DNA of 51,640 nucleotides, taken from sequence record SRR22947725_1174; one strand, given 5' to 3'. The notes beneath the pieces were generated by a model. It saw nothing but the letters and a program-made list of their open reading frames with translations, made no database searches and was not told the DNA's origin. This document shows positions 18,236-28,182 of this stretch, piece by piece. The position numbers were made by a program, and so were the translations under genes. Each line of letters starts with the position of its first letter. The stretch's first letter is position 1.

Positions 18236-19445
18236 AAGCGATCATATCTTCTTCAACGCCTAAATCCCATAGCATTTTTTGAACGGCGCTTATCATCATT
18301 GGTGGGCCACATAAATAATACTCACACTCAGATGGGTCTTCATGATTTTCTAGATGCATATCATTGGCAACTTGATGGATAAAACCGGTTGGTCCTTTCC
18401 AGTTATCTTCTGGAAGTGGATCTGATAAAGCTACATGATATGTAAAATTATCAAATTCTTTTTCTAATGCTAAAAATTCTTCATGATAAAACATTTCTTT
18501 TTCAGATCTAGCACCATACCAGAATGAAATTTTTCTTTCTGACTTCTCGGTTTTTAATAAATGAAATATGTGCGATCTCAGAGGAGCCATTCCAGCGCCA
18601 CCTCCAATGTAGACCATTTCTCTATCTGTATCTTTAATAAAGAATTCTCCATACGGTCCTGAAACAGTTACCTTGTCTCCTTCTTTCAAATTAAAAGTAT
18701 ATGAAGATGCAATACCTGGAGGAACATCAGGATTATTTGGTGGAGGACTAGCAATACGAATATTTAACATGATCATATTACCTTCTGCAGGATGATTTGC
18801 CATTGAATAAGCTCTAAAAACTGGTTCAGTGTTCTCGGCAGTATATTGCCAAATATCAAATTTATCCCAATCGCTAGTATACAAATCTTGAATTTCAAAA
18901 TTTTTATAGTTTAAATCTTTATATTTTGGAACATCAATTTGAATGTAGCCACCTGATTCAAAAATGATAGGGTCGTCTTCTGGTAGCTCAAGAATTAATT
19001 CTTTAATAAAAGTTGCAACATTTTCATTTGACTTTACTACAGCATCCCATTTTCTTATACTAAAAATCTCATCTGGAACTTGGATTTTCATATCATTTCT
19101 AATTTTAACCTGACATCCTAAGCGCCAATTATTTTTTTGATCTTGTCTATTAATATATGCGGTCTCTGTAGGTAAAATATCTCCACCACCTTCAATAACC
19201 TGACATTTACATTGTGCGCAAGTACCTTGACCACCACAAGCTGATGGAAGATATACATTTTGATCTCCTAGAGCTGCGAGTACCGTACCACCAGTATCAA
19301 CCTTTATAGATTTGTCTGGATCATCATTAATTATTATGGTGACTTCACCTTGAGGCAATAAGACATTACCAACAACATTTAGTACAATTACCAGCAAAAG
19401 GATTACTGAACTAAATACTGCAACTCCTATGAGAATATCATTCAT
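18219..19445 (-). CDS. nqrF: Na+-translocating NADH:quinone reductase subunit F
   Basis: [2Fe-2S] motif SACGGQGTCAQC...RLGCQ, RAYSMAN, GGGAGMAP, YLCGPP, C-terminal DDFG. Confidence 0.97.
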   Translation of the reverse strand: MNDILIGVAVFSSVILLLVIVLNVVGNVLLPQGEVTIIINDDPDKSIKVDTGGTVLAALGDQNVYLPSACGGQGTCAQCKCQVIEGGGDILPTETAYINRQDQKNNWRLGCQVKIRNDMKIQVPDEIFSIRKWDAVVKSNENVATFIKELILELPEDDPIIFESGGYIQIDVPKYKDLNYKNFEIQDLYTSDWDKFDIWQYTAENTEPVFRAYSMANHPAEGNMIMLNIRIASPPPNNPDVPPGIASSYTFNLKEGDKVTVSGPYGEFFIKDTDREMVYIGGGAGMAPLRSHIFHLLKTEKSERKISFWYGARSEKEMFYHEEFLALEKEFDNFTYHVALSDPLPEDNWKGPTGFIHQVANDMHLENHEDPSECEYYLCGPPMMISAVQKMLWDLGVEEDMIAYDDFG

Positions 19446-20068
19446 TATAAATCAATCCCCGAAAATGCCATAAAAGCCATAGAAAGTAAACCTGTTAGAA
19501 GCATAGCCATACCTACTCCTCGTAATCTTGGTGGTATATTAGAATAACGTAATCTGTATCTAATAGAAGCTAATGCTACAATTGCTAAGAAAAATCCTAC
19601 TCCAGAACCAAAACCATAAACCACTGTCTCAGATATTGTGTATTCTCTTTCAACCATAAATAATGAACCACCAAGAATAGAACAATTAACAGCAATTAGA
19701 GGAAGGAAAATCCCAAGACTATTATATAGTGACTGAGAAAATCTTTCCATAAACATTTCAACAAGTTGTACCATTGCAGCGATCACAGAAATAAAAACAA
19801 TCAATTTTAAAAATCCTAAATCTGTATCCTTAAAGTCTTCACTAATCCAGACTAAAGCACCTTTATCAAGAAGGAATTCCCATAAAAACCAATTGATTGG
19901 AGCTGTAATGGTCAAAACAACTACCACCGCCATACCAATCCCAACTGAAGCATTAATATTTTTAGAAATAGCTAAAAAAGAGCAAAGACCTAGGAAGTAT
20001 GCCAATACTATATTTTCAATAAAAACAGCTTTAGTAAAAATACTTAAATAATGTTCTAAACCACTCAT
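19445..20068 (-). CDS. nqrE: Na+-NQR subunit E
   Basis: FLGLCSFLA, GIFLPLIAVNC; operon order. Confidence 0.96.
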   Translation of the reverse strand: MSGLEHYLSIFTKAVFIENIVLAYFLGLCSFLAISKNINASVGIGMAVVVVLTITAPINWFLWEFLLDKGALVWISEDFKDTDLGFLKLIVFISVIAAMVQLVEMFMERFSQSLYNSLGIFLPLIAVNCSILGGSLFMVEREYTISETVVYGFGSGVGFFLAIVALASIRYRLRYSNIPPRLRGVGMAMLLTGLLSMAFMAFSGIDL

Positions 20069-20722
20069 TTAAGCATCCTCCTCAACGCCAGCCATCTCTC
20101 TTTGAAACCAAATTACTAACCCTAAAATAATAAATGCCCCCGGAGATAAAACTAATAAGCCAATATTTTCATAACCAGCAGCATACCATGAATCAGGAAT
20201 GCTCCAAAGAACATAACCTGCTCCTCCATCAGGGAGAGTAATAGTTCCAGCACCAAATAATTCTCTAAAAAATGAGACAATAATTATTATTAGACCATAC
20301 CCCATACTGTTTCCAACTCCATCTAAAAATGCTTTTGATGGACCATTTTTAAGTGCGAAAGCTTCAGCTCTACCCATAATAATACAATTGGTAATTATTA
20401 AACCAACAAAAACTGAAAGCTGTTTACTCATATCATATAAATAGGCTTTCAACAATTCATCTACGACAGATACTAATGATGCAATCACAGATAACATTAT
20501 AACAATTCGAACTCTAGCAGGTATATAATTTCTGATTAAAGACAATATTACATTTGATGATGTAAGAACAAATAAAACTGCGAGAGTCATGATGATAGCT
20601 TGGTCTAATCTTATAGTAACTGCTAAAGCAGAACAAATACCTAATACCTGGAGAGATATTGGATTATTGACATTTATTGGGTCATTTATAATCTTTTTTG
20701 ATTCTGTACTAAATAGTTCCAT
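20069..20722 (-). CDS. nqrD: Na+-NQR subunit D
   Basis: [36 protein letters not shown]. Confidence 0.96.
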   Translation of the reverse strand: MELFSTESKKIINDPINVNNPISLQVLGICSALAVTIRLDQAIIMTLAVLFVLTSSNVILSLIRNYIPARVRIVIMLSVIASLVSVVDELLKAYLYDMSKQLSVFVGLIITNCIIMGRAEAFALKNGPSKAFLDGVGNSMGYGLIIIIVSFFRELFGAGTITLPDGGAGYVLWSIPDSWYAAGYENIGLLVLSPGAFIILGLVIWFQREMAGVEEDA

Positions 20723-21464
20723 AGTCTCTAATTTTATTTAATGTTTTTTCATATCTCAATAAATCTTCTAATAAAAAATCAGTTACTCCATCAGCAGTAA
20801 CTGTTGCTCCAGAAATCCCATCTACTTGGTGAATAGAAGCATTATTGGAATCAGAATAATCAACTCCACCTTTAATTACTGTAATACTAACAATCTTACC
20901 ATTTTTATCACGAATTTTTTTTGGTATATATTTCAATTCTCCATTAGACTGCTTTTGCGGATGATTGACAAAATTATCTGTAAACCACTTTTTTTCAACT
21001 TCTCCACCCAAGCCAGGAGTTTCGCCATGCTTGTAGAATTGAATTCCAAGTACAGATTCAGTATCTGGATTTAATGCAATATATCCAAAAATAGTTGACC
21101 ATAAACCTTTTCCAGCAATAGGCAGTGCTATTCCTTCAATCTTTTCATTAGAAACTCTCATATAAACTGGTAGAACGTCTTTATTTTTTTCAATATCAAC
21201 TTCTTCAATATTGCATTCAACAATTTGACCTTGGACATCAACACATTTAGCGTCAATATAGTTTTTAAATGTTTGTTCAATACTTTCATTTGTTAAAAGC
21301 AAATTTTCATCAAAATTTAATGATCTAAGTATAGTTTTTTGCACATCTGCTTTAAGATTTTGATCTTGTAAATCTTTCACATTTTCCTTAGTAAAAGACA
21401 ACATAGTACCTAAAATAATAGTTACGATAAAAACGAATCCAAGAGTATAATTATTGCTATACAT
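20709..21464 (-). CDS. nqrC: Na+-NQR subunit C
   Basis: [17 protein letters not shown]-attachment motif DGISGAT. Confidence 0.95.
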   Translation of the reverse strand: MYSNNYTLGFVFIVTIILGTMLSFTKENVKDLQDQNLKADVQKTILRSLNFDENLLLTNESIEQTFKNYIDAKCVDVQGQIVECNIEEVDIEKNKDVLPVYMRVSNEKIEGIALPIAGKGLWSTIFGYIALNPDTESVLGIQFYKHGETPGLGGEVEKKWFTDNFVNHPQKQSNGELKYIPKKIRDKNGKIVSITVIKGGVDYSDSNNASIHQVDGISGATVTADGVTDFLLEDLLRYEKTLNKIRDYGTI

Positions 21465-22662
21465 TTCTATTTAATCTCATTTTAATATTTGACTGAACAA
21501 CATAATAATCTATTAGCGGAGCAAACATATTCATAATTAAAATTGCTAAAAAAACACCTTCTGGATAAGCGGGATTAATAGAGCGAATAATAACAGTTAA
21601 AACTCCAATTAAGAATCCATAAATCCATCTACCAGTATTTGTATGTGATGATGTAACTGGTTCGGTAGCCATAAATACTGTTCCAAATAAAAAACTACCA
21701 ATTAAAATATGCTGTAGAGGTGTAATAGTTAACATAGCATTTGGAGTTCCACCGGATTGTAAAATACCATCTACAGTTAGATAGCTTAACAAATTAAACA
21801 GTACAGAAGTAAAAACTAGTCCAAAAACACATGAAACCATAATTCTCCATGAAGCAATTCCACAATAAATAAGGAAAATTGCACCTAATAAAATTAATAA
21901 TTTATTTGTCTCTCCAATTGATCCAGGAATTAATCCCCAAAACATATTCGTTAAGGAATAATCAAATTGAGTTGAAGCAGCAAATAAATTTGAAGCGGTA
22001 TCATACTCAACAGGGTTAGCTGGAATAGCTAATGCTGTTGCACCACTATAGCCATCAGGACCTACCGCCCAAACCTTATCTCCTGAAATCTTGGTTGGAA
22101 AAGCAAAATACATAAATGCCCTAGCAGTTAAAGCTGGATTAAAAACATTTGTACCAACACCGCCAAAAATTTCTTTTCCTATAATAATACCAAAGCTTGT
22201 TCCCATAAAAACTTGCCATAATGGTACATCTGGTGGCATAGTTAGTGGAATGAGTGCACAAGATACAAGAAAGCCTTCATTTATTTCATGCTTTCTAATT
22301 ATTGCAAAAGAGATTTCACAAATTGCTCCTGCTATAAAAGTAATAATTAAAATTGGTAAGACATATGTCATCCCAATAATAAAATCATTCATAACAGAAC
22401 TAGAAATGCCCATAGCTTCAGAATATAAATATCCAATATTGTAGGCACCAAATAAATAACATGGTATTAAAGCAATAACAACAAAAAACATTGTTCTTTT
22501 GATGTCCATATTATCTCTAATATGAGGACCAGACTTATTTTGAGAGTCTGTTGAAAATAATATAGTATCGGTTGCTTCCCATAAAGGGTATGCAAAAGAT
22601 AATGGTTTACCTTCATCAAAAAGCTTACCAGATTCTGCTAATATTTTTTTTAAAAAATTCAT
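21457..22662 (-). CDS. nqrB: Na+-NQR subunit B
   Basis: HIRD..DIKR, KHEINEGF, KEIFGG, DGYSGAT, FMATEPV, YPEG. Confidence 0.96.
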   Translation of the reverse strand: MNFLKKILAESGKLFDEGKPLSFAYPLWEATDTILFSTDSQNKSGPHIRDNMDIKRTMFFVVIALIPCYLFGAYNIGYLYSEAMGISSSVMNDFIIGMTYVLPILIITFIAGAICEISFAIIRKHEINEGFLVSCALIPLTMPPDVPLWQVFMGTSFGIIIGKEIFGGVGTNVFNPALTARAFMYFAFPTKISGDKVWAVGPDGYSGATALAIPANPVEYDTASNLFAASTQFDYSLTNMFWGLIPGSIGETNKLLILLGAIFLIYCGIASWRIMVSCVFGLVFTSVLFNLLSYLTVDGILQSGGTPNAMLTITPLQHILIGSFLFGTVFMATEPVTSSHTNTGRWIYGFLIGVLTVIIRSINPAYPEGVFLAILIMNMFAPLIDYYVVQSNIKMRLNRNV

Positions 22663-22663
22663 C

Positions 22664-24001
22664 TTATTTATCGAAATAGACTGTGTCTAATCCTTTTCTA
22701 ATTATTGCACCTACATCTGTTTTGCTAGGACATACAAATGAGCATAATGCTACATCTTCTTCATCGCATTCATAAATACCTAATTGCTCCATTTCTTCAA
22801 AGTCATTTGCTTCAATACTGCGAGCTAAAGCATTAATATAAATATCCATTGGAAATACCTTTTCCCAAGCCTCTATAGGAACAAAAGCTCTATGACTACC
22901 ATTTTGAAGAGTAGTAAAGCTATAAGGAGATTTATTACCTCCCAAGTAAGCATTAAATACACTATACTTTGAAGATCCTCCAGGATGCAGCCAACCTATA
23001 AACGATCTATCAAAAGATTCTTCGATCACAGAAATTGAAGAGTGATAAAATCCTAAATATCCATTCATCATAGATTCTTTTCCTGTTAATACATCTCCAG
23101 AAATAATTCTAGCCTTATCTGTACTTAAATTTCCTTTACAGTGAGATTCCAAAGACGCACCAATTCTTGATTTGAAATAAGAAGGATTTTTTACAATCGG
23201 ACCACTTAAATTAATAATCATTGTTGGATCAAATATTCCATCAGAAAATAACTTGCCTAGTATAGGAAGATGGTGTCCTTGAACAGTCCAAACAATATCT
23301 TTGCTACTGATAGGACTGATATGATTAAGAATAACTCCTACATTACCGGCTGGATGAGGTCCTTCTACTTCAACAATATCAATAAAATCTAAATCAGATA
23401 AATAGTTGAATTCTCCAGGTCTTACAGCAACAAAAAGCTTTCCTTCTGTTAATTTTTTTAAATTTATAAGAGCGCTAATAATAGAATCTTTATTTGATGC
23501 CAATGTAAAATTATAATCAACTGATAAAGGAGCTGTATTTGCTAAACTAACTATAATAGATTTTGGATTATCTGAAGGATTTGCAACCTTATTAAATGGT
23601 CTTTGCGTAATGAAGGGCCACATATTTTTTTCTAATAAATAATTAACTACATCATCTTTATTTGATAGTTTCTTATCCTTGCCGCTAGAATTATCATTTT
23701 CAATCTGAGGATCAACATTAAAAATGATTTCTTTTACAGCTCTTCTTTCACCATAAATAATTTTTGAAATTGTACCTGATGCGATTGCAGGCCACTTAAT
23801 TTCAGGATTGAGCTTATCAAAAAATATAGGGTCCCCTAATTTTACAGAATCATTTTCTTTAACTAATAACTTAGGTTTGATGTATCTAAAATTTTCAGGA
23901 GAAAGAGATACTGTAGTATTTTTTTGAGGTGCTAAAATTTCACCGGAGGCAGCTCCAGCAATATTAATGTTATGGCCTTTTTTAACTTTTATTTTCAACA
24001 T
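22664..24001 (-). CDS. nqrA: Na+-NQR subunit A
   Basis: IKVKKG, GPHPAGNVG, RIISGDVLTG, EEDVALCSFVCPSK. Confidence 0.96.
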   Translation of the reverse strand: MLKIKVKKGHNINIAGAASGEILAPQKNTTVSLSPENFRYIKPKLLVKENDSVKLGDPIFFDKLNPEIKWPAIASGTISKIIYGERRAVKEIIFNVDPQIENDNSSGKDKKLSNKDDVVNYLLEKNMWPFITQRPFNKVANPSDNPKSIIVSLANTAPLSVDYNFTLASNKDSIISALINLKKLTEGKLFVAVRPGEFNYLSDLDFIDIVEVEGPHPAGNVGVILNHISPISSKDIVWTVQGHHLPILGKLFSDGIFDPTMIINLSGPIVKNPSYFKSRIGASLESHCKGNLSTDKARIISGDVLTGKESMMNGYLGFYHSSISVIEESFDRSFIGWLHPGGSSKYSVFNAYLGGNKSPYSFTTLQNGSHRAFVPIEAWEKVFPMDIYINALARSIEANDFEEMEQLGIYECDEEDVALCSFVCPSKTDVGAIIRKGLDTVYFDK

Positions 24002-24098
24002 AAATTTAGGTGCTTAGTCTCACCCTTATTTTAGACATGAGAAAGTAATAAAAAAGTTGATGGAGTTCTAGATAATATTGAAAGAAATAGAAAAAAAA

Positions 24099-25307
24099 TT
24101 ATTTTTTAGCTTTCCATTCAAAATAATTTCCATCATAAGACACTTTTTCTTGCCATTCTTTTACTTTGCTATCTATCGTATTGATTGTATCGGAACTTAC
24201 ATCTTGCAATAAATCAATTGTTAAATCTCCAACTGTTTTTGCGCTAACTCTAGAAGCCTTTATATTACCTTTTCCAGTTACAGCATTTCCCATTCCATGA
24301 ACTTTATCTAGTTCATCAAATTTTCCGGATTCTTGATCCACAATATTGTATGTAGAGCCATCCATAGGTACTCCCTCAATTGGTTCTGGCAAACTACCAA
24401 TCGAACTAATTATGATACTTCCTTTTAAAATATCTTCAGAACCTTGTATAGCAACTGGCTTTCCATCTACAATTTCATTCTTTATAATTGTGAGACCCTC
24501 TAAATTATCATCAATAATATGTAATCCTGTTGGCTGCGTACACTCTGCAACTTTAAATAGAAACTTATCTTGCATATTCTTAAGGACTTTTCTACGCGCT
24601 AACTTACGCTTTGCAACCATATCAGAATCCGAATTATCAGGAATAGTTGTTAAGGGCATATTCTCAACATCTCTTCTATAAACAAGAGTGGCTCCATTAA
24701 TGCCTAATGAATCATAGTCAATATCATGCATTTCTAAGTACTTTGAAATACCTTTATGCTCCATTGTTACAATATCGAAGCCTTCAATCTTAGATTCAAC
24801 TTTCTGCCTTACTAGCTCTAATTGTATAATTTTACATACATCAATAGATGCTAGCCCACCACCAACCACCAATGCATCATCTTTCACATCTATTGAAATT
24901 CCCTTGTAGCTAGATTCATGATAATGGTTAAACCAGTAAACAAATGGATTTTGATAATAAAAATTTGAAAACTTTTCAATTTCGGTGAACGGAAACGATC
25001 TGTCTTTCCATGCACCATTTGCAAAGTAAATACAGCTCCAATCTATTTGATATATATCTTTAAAATTTAAATCTTCACCTAACCTGGTAAGGGGAACAAA
25101 GTCTACCAATTCATGAGACATGATATCATCTATCTTAAGATATTCTTTAGTGCGTTGTTTCTCATGCCATCTTGGAAGTCCATCTTCAATTTTTCCATAT
25201 GGCATATGATTTTGATCAATAACTACACAACGAACTCCCTCTGCTGTCAATTTTTGTGCAGCAGTTGAACCTGATACCGCACCTCCTATAATTAATACTG
25301 CCTTCAT
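24099..25307 (-). CDS. FAD/NAD(P)-dependent oxidoreductase (ferredoxin-NADP+ reductase/GltD-like, no Fe-S domain)
   Basis: N-terminal FAD site IIGGAVSG, PYGKIEDGLP, second dinucleotide site VVGGGLASID, YRR, ISSIG. Confidence 0.7.
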   Translation of the reverse strand: MKAVLIIGGAVSGSTAAQKLTAEGVRCVVIDQNHMPYGKIEDGLPRWHEKQRTKEYLKIDDIMSHELVDFVPLTRLGEDLNFKDIYQIDWSCIYFANGAWKDRSFPFTEIEKFSNFYYQNPFVYWFNHYHESSYKGISIDVKDDALVVGGGLASIDVCKIIQLELVRQKVESKIEGFDIVTMEHKGISKYLEMHDIDYDSLGINGATLVYRRDVENMPLTTIPDNSDSDMVAKRKLARRKVLKNMQDKFLFKVAECTQPTGLHIIDDNLEGLTIIKNEIVDGKPVAIQGSEDILKGSIIISSIGSLPEPIEGVPMDGSTYNIVDQESGKFDELDKVHGMGNAVTGKGNIKASRVSAKTVGDLTIDLLQDVSSDTINTIDSKVKEWQEKVSYDGNYFEWKAKK

Positions 25308-25324
25308 TTTAATACTGCTTTCAT
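25291..25324. repeat. Imperfect 17-bp tandem duplication of the oxidoreductase start region
   Basis: Minus strand reads ATGAAAGCAGTATTAAA followed by ATGAAGGCAGTATTAAT (15/17 identical). Confidence 0.8.
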
Positions 25325-25354
25325 TAATTTGTTTATTTCTTAAATTTATCCGGT

Positions 25355-26266
25355 ATGAAATTAATAAATTATTTGATAATTCAAATCATTCCTTTTTTGC
25401 CAAAGGTTTTTGTTCGTCTTGTGGCTTCTCCTTATATCGCAGGTATCACCGATGATGAAATGTTAGTTAATGTGCAAAAGCTAAATAACAAAGGGTATGA
25501 GGTAGCCATTGATATTTTGGGAGAACATGTTACAACTCAAGAAGAAGCTACAGAAATTACTGAGCGCTATGCGAATTTATATGACAGAATTTCATCTAAG
25601 CAACTAGATGCAAATCTATCTATTAAGTTAAGCCATATTGGTCAAGATTTAGGCTATGATGTTGTCAAAAGCAATCTAATGATTTTGGTAAATGCAGCTA
25701 AAAAACACAACAATTTTTTACGCCTAGATATGGAAAACTCTCCATATACATCAGAAACAATTAATTTATATAAAAAGGCGTTTGAAAATTATTCTAATGT
25801 TGGGATAGTACTACAAGCTTATATGCATAGATCAAAAGATGATTTAGATAAACTAGCTAATGAAAAGTTTAATGTTAGGATTTGTAAAGGAATATATATT
25901 GAAAGCGAAGATATAGCTTATAGAGATTACCAGAAAATTAGAGATAATTATATTATCTTAACTAAGGAAGCACTCATAAAAGGTGCATATGTAGGCATTG
26001 CTAGTCATGATGAATATTTAATTGACAAACTTTATTTGTGGATCAAAGAAAATCAAATTCCCACTACTCAATATGAATTCCAAATACTACATGGAGTACC
26101 AATGGAAAAAAAGCTCCAGCAATTAATTAAAGAAGGTAATAAGGTGCGTGTTTATGTTCCTTATGGAGATAATTGGTACGATTATTCTGTTAGACGACTA
26201 AAAGAGAATCCAAAAATGGCAGGATATATTATTAAAAATATTTTTATTAAAATTCTAGGTAGATAG
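25355..26266 (+). CDS. Monofunctional proline dehydrogenase
   Basis: YIAG, DILGE, SIKLS, RLDME, VLQAY, RICKGIY, ASHD, EFQ, RVYVPYG...YSVRRLKE. Confidence 0.93.
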   Translation: MKLINYLIIQIIPFLPKVFVRLVASPYIAGITDDEMLVNVQKLNNKGYEVAIDILGEHVTTQEEATEITERYANLYDRISSKQLDANLSIKLSHIGQDLGYDVVKSNLMILVNAAKKHNNFLRLDMENSPYTSETINLYKKAFENYSNVGIVLQAYMHRSKDDLDKLANEKFNVRICKGIYIESEDIAYRDYQKIRDNYIILTKEALIKGAYVGIASHDEYLIDKLYLWIKENQIPTTQYEFQILHGVPMEKKLQQLIKEGNKVRVYVPYGDNWYDYSVRRLKENPKMAGYIIKNIFIKILGR

Positions 26267-26284
26267 ATAATTATCTATCTTTTT
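26261..26284 (+). terminator. Perfect 20-bp palindrome between convergent genes; possible intrinsic terminator
   Basis: AGATAGATAATTATCTATCT (26261-26280) followed by a T run on the + strand; contains both stop codons. Confidence 0.4.
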
Positions 26285-26756
26285 CTCTATACCAAAAAAG
26301 TAAAATAATACCCGCTAAGTTTGGAAACCATACTTCAGGACTTGACCAAGAAATTCCGCTTAGTGAATAATCTGAAATAGGCCAAAATAATTTTACTGGG
26401 AAAAAATCTTTAGTATGAAATGGAAAGTCTAATAATATATGAAAAGGCCAGGCTAGCATTGGCCAAACAAAATTTTTATTCAGAAAGTAAACAATAGCAA
26501 TACAAGTAAAAGCAGTAATGAAGCTATGTGAAAGATTATCCATAAAAAATAACCAATCAGGGTATGGTGCTAGTTGAGATAAACTCTCCAAAGTTGGAGC
26601 TCCACCGTAACTTAGTGTTCCATTAAAGAATTTAACGACAAATAAAGCTCCAAAAGAAACTAGATCTGGCATTACTCCAAAAAAAACTGCTAACCATTTG
26701 TGGCCTCGATAGCCAAATAGCCCTCCACCCCAGAATGCGTGACTAAATGTATCCAT
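26271..26756 (-). CDS. Membrane-bound metal-dependent hydrolase (YdjM-like)
   Basis: SHA, PD, SHS, HILLD and LFWP motifs with TM segments. Confidence 0.75.
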   Translation of the reverse strand: MDTFSHAFWGGGLFGYRGHKWLAVFFGVMPDLVSFGALFVVKFFNGTLSYGGAPTLESLSQLAPYPDWLFFMDNLSHSFITAFTCIAIVYFLNKNFVWPMLAWPFHILLDFPFHTKDFFPVKLFWPISDYSLSGISWSSPEVWFPNLAGIILLFWYREKDR

Positions 26757-26764
26757 TTCTTAAA

Positions 26765-28108
26765 TTATTTTGCTAAGGAACCCATAGGATCCCAAGGTTT
26801 TAACGGGATAGCTTCTTCGTTTTTATAAAGGTTATATAAATCATCAGATAGATAGTCTTTATGTACAACAACTTCATAATTATATTCATCAAACCATTGG
26901 TCTGACATTATATGGTAGCCTTTGTCTCCAACTTTATTACCCCAACTATTCTCTACTCGCCACTTAATAGGTTTATCATTCGAATCTAGGTCTACTCCAG
27001 TAAAAAGCATTGCATGAGTCATTTGACTTTCTCCATATTGTAAGCGATCTGCTTTGTTCATAGAAAAGTTTGATTGATAAAAAGAATTAAAGTCAAATAA
27101 ATCCATATCCATGACTCCTAATTTTCTATCAAAATGCTTACCGACATCGCAACCAAACCATACAGGGTGATCGTCTTTGATAGAGCTTGCTGATGCAGCT
27201 TTCATTTCTTCGCTAGTAACGTTGAGATATCGTACAGGGTTTCCTTCTACTACGTTTCCAAGCGCTTCAACAGTATAAACTTTCCTATACTCTTTGTCTT
27301 CCATAGGACAATTTATAAGACATACATATTCATCAAGGTTTAATCCAACGTGATTATCAAAAAAAGATTTTGGAGTTAGATTTTCAAAGCTAATGAAATT
27401 CTTCTTTTTGTCATATGCTTGCCAATTAAATGATGTTGGAGGTGTTCCAATATGCATTGTTAGCATCTTATATATCTGTTCAAGCATATCAGTTTTAATA
27501 GATTCTAAATCGTCTCCTGAAATACCTTTACTAATATTTAGTCGTAAGTCTTTAGCATTCTCACGAAGTTTTCGAGCTATCATTCGATTCATCGTAGATG
27601 ACTGGCTTGAAGAAAATGATTCTGACATTTCTGATTGTGGAATAACACCATACTTATCAATTAAACTAACCCACATATCCCATTGTCCCCCATCTTCAAT
27701 TGGATTTGAAAGAAGGTGCATCACAATTCTACTATTCCAATCTTCAGCTGCAGAATCTATAATACATTCTAAGAAATAATTTGCTTTCTCTAGCTTATCC
27801 CAAAACATAAAATAACTTTGTGAAAATTCAAAGTTCTTCAAATTATGTTTTCTACCAATATAAAATCTAAATAAATTTAATCCAGCAAATCCCCAACATC
27901 TTCCACTAGATTTTTGATTAGTAACTGTCATTTCACCTTTGACAACATTTGAAAAAGAATGGTTAATACTTCTGTAGCGATCCCAGTTCATTGTTAGGTC
28001 GCTTAAATCTGTGCGAATCATTGCATTTCTTACGACTTTGACATGATGATCTGATTCATGTTTTTTTTGAAATTTCTCTATTGTTTTTAATGAAATTGAA
28101 TTAGCCAT
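26765..28108 (-). CDS. pepC: Aminopeptidase C/bleomycin hydrolase (peptidase C1B)
   Basis: NQKSSGRCW, WDKLEKAN, DGGQW, WFGCDV, THAM, VENSWG, PWDPMGSLA. Confidence 0.95.
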   Translation of the reverse strand: MANSISLKTIEKFQKKHESDHHVKVVRNAMIRTDLSDLTMNWDRYRSINHSFSNVVKGEMTVTNQKSSGRCWGFAGLNLFRFYIGRKHNLKNFEFSQSYFMFWDKLEKANYFLECIIDSAAEDWNSRIVMHLLSNPIEDGGQWDMWVSLIDKYGVIPQSEMSESFSSSQSSTMNRMIARKLRENAKDLRLNISKGISGDDLESIKTDMLEQIYKMLTMHIGTPPTSFNWQAYDKKKNFISFENLTPKSFFDNHVGLNLDEYVCLINCPMEDKEYRKVYTVEALGNVVEGNPVRYLNVTSEEMKAASASSIKDDHPVWFGCDVGKHFDRKLGVMDMDLFDFNSFYQSNFSMNKADRLQYGESQMTHAMLFTGVDLDSNDKPIKWRVENSWGNKVGDKGYHIMSDQWFDEYNYEVVVHKDYLSDDLYNLYKNEEAIPLKPWDPMGSLAK

Positions 28109-28182
28109 TTTTTATCCTTTTTAAATTTAGTTATCAATTTTTATTGCAAAATAATTCTATAATGATATTTAAATCTGCTCTT

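Noticed and set aside
28143..28163. Possible Fur box upstream of pepC (ATTGCAAAATAATTCTATAAT)
   Set aside because: Only 7 of 10 positions are symmetric in very AT-rich DNA, which is not distinguishable from chance.
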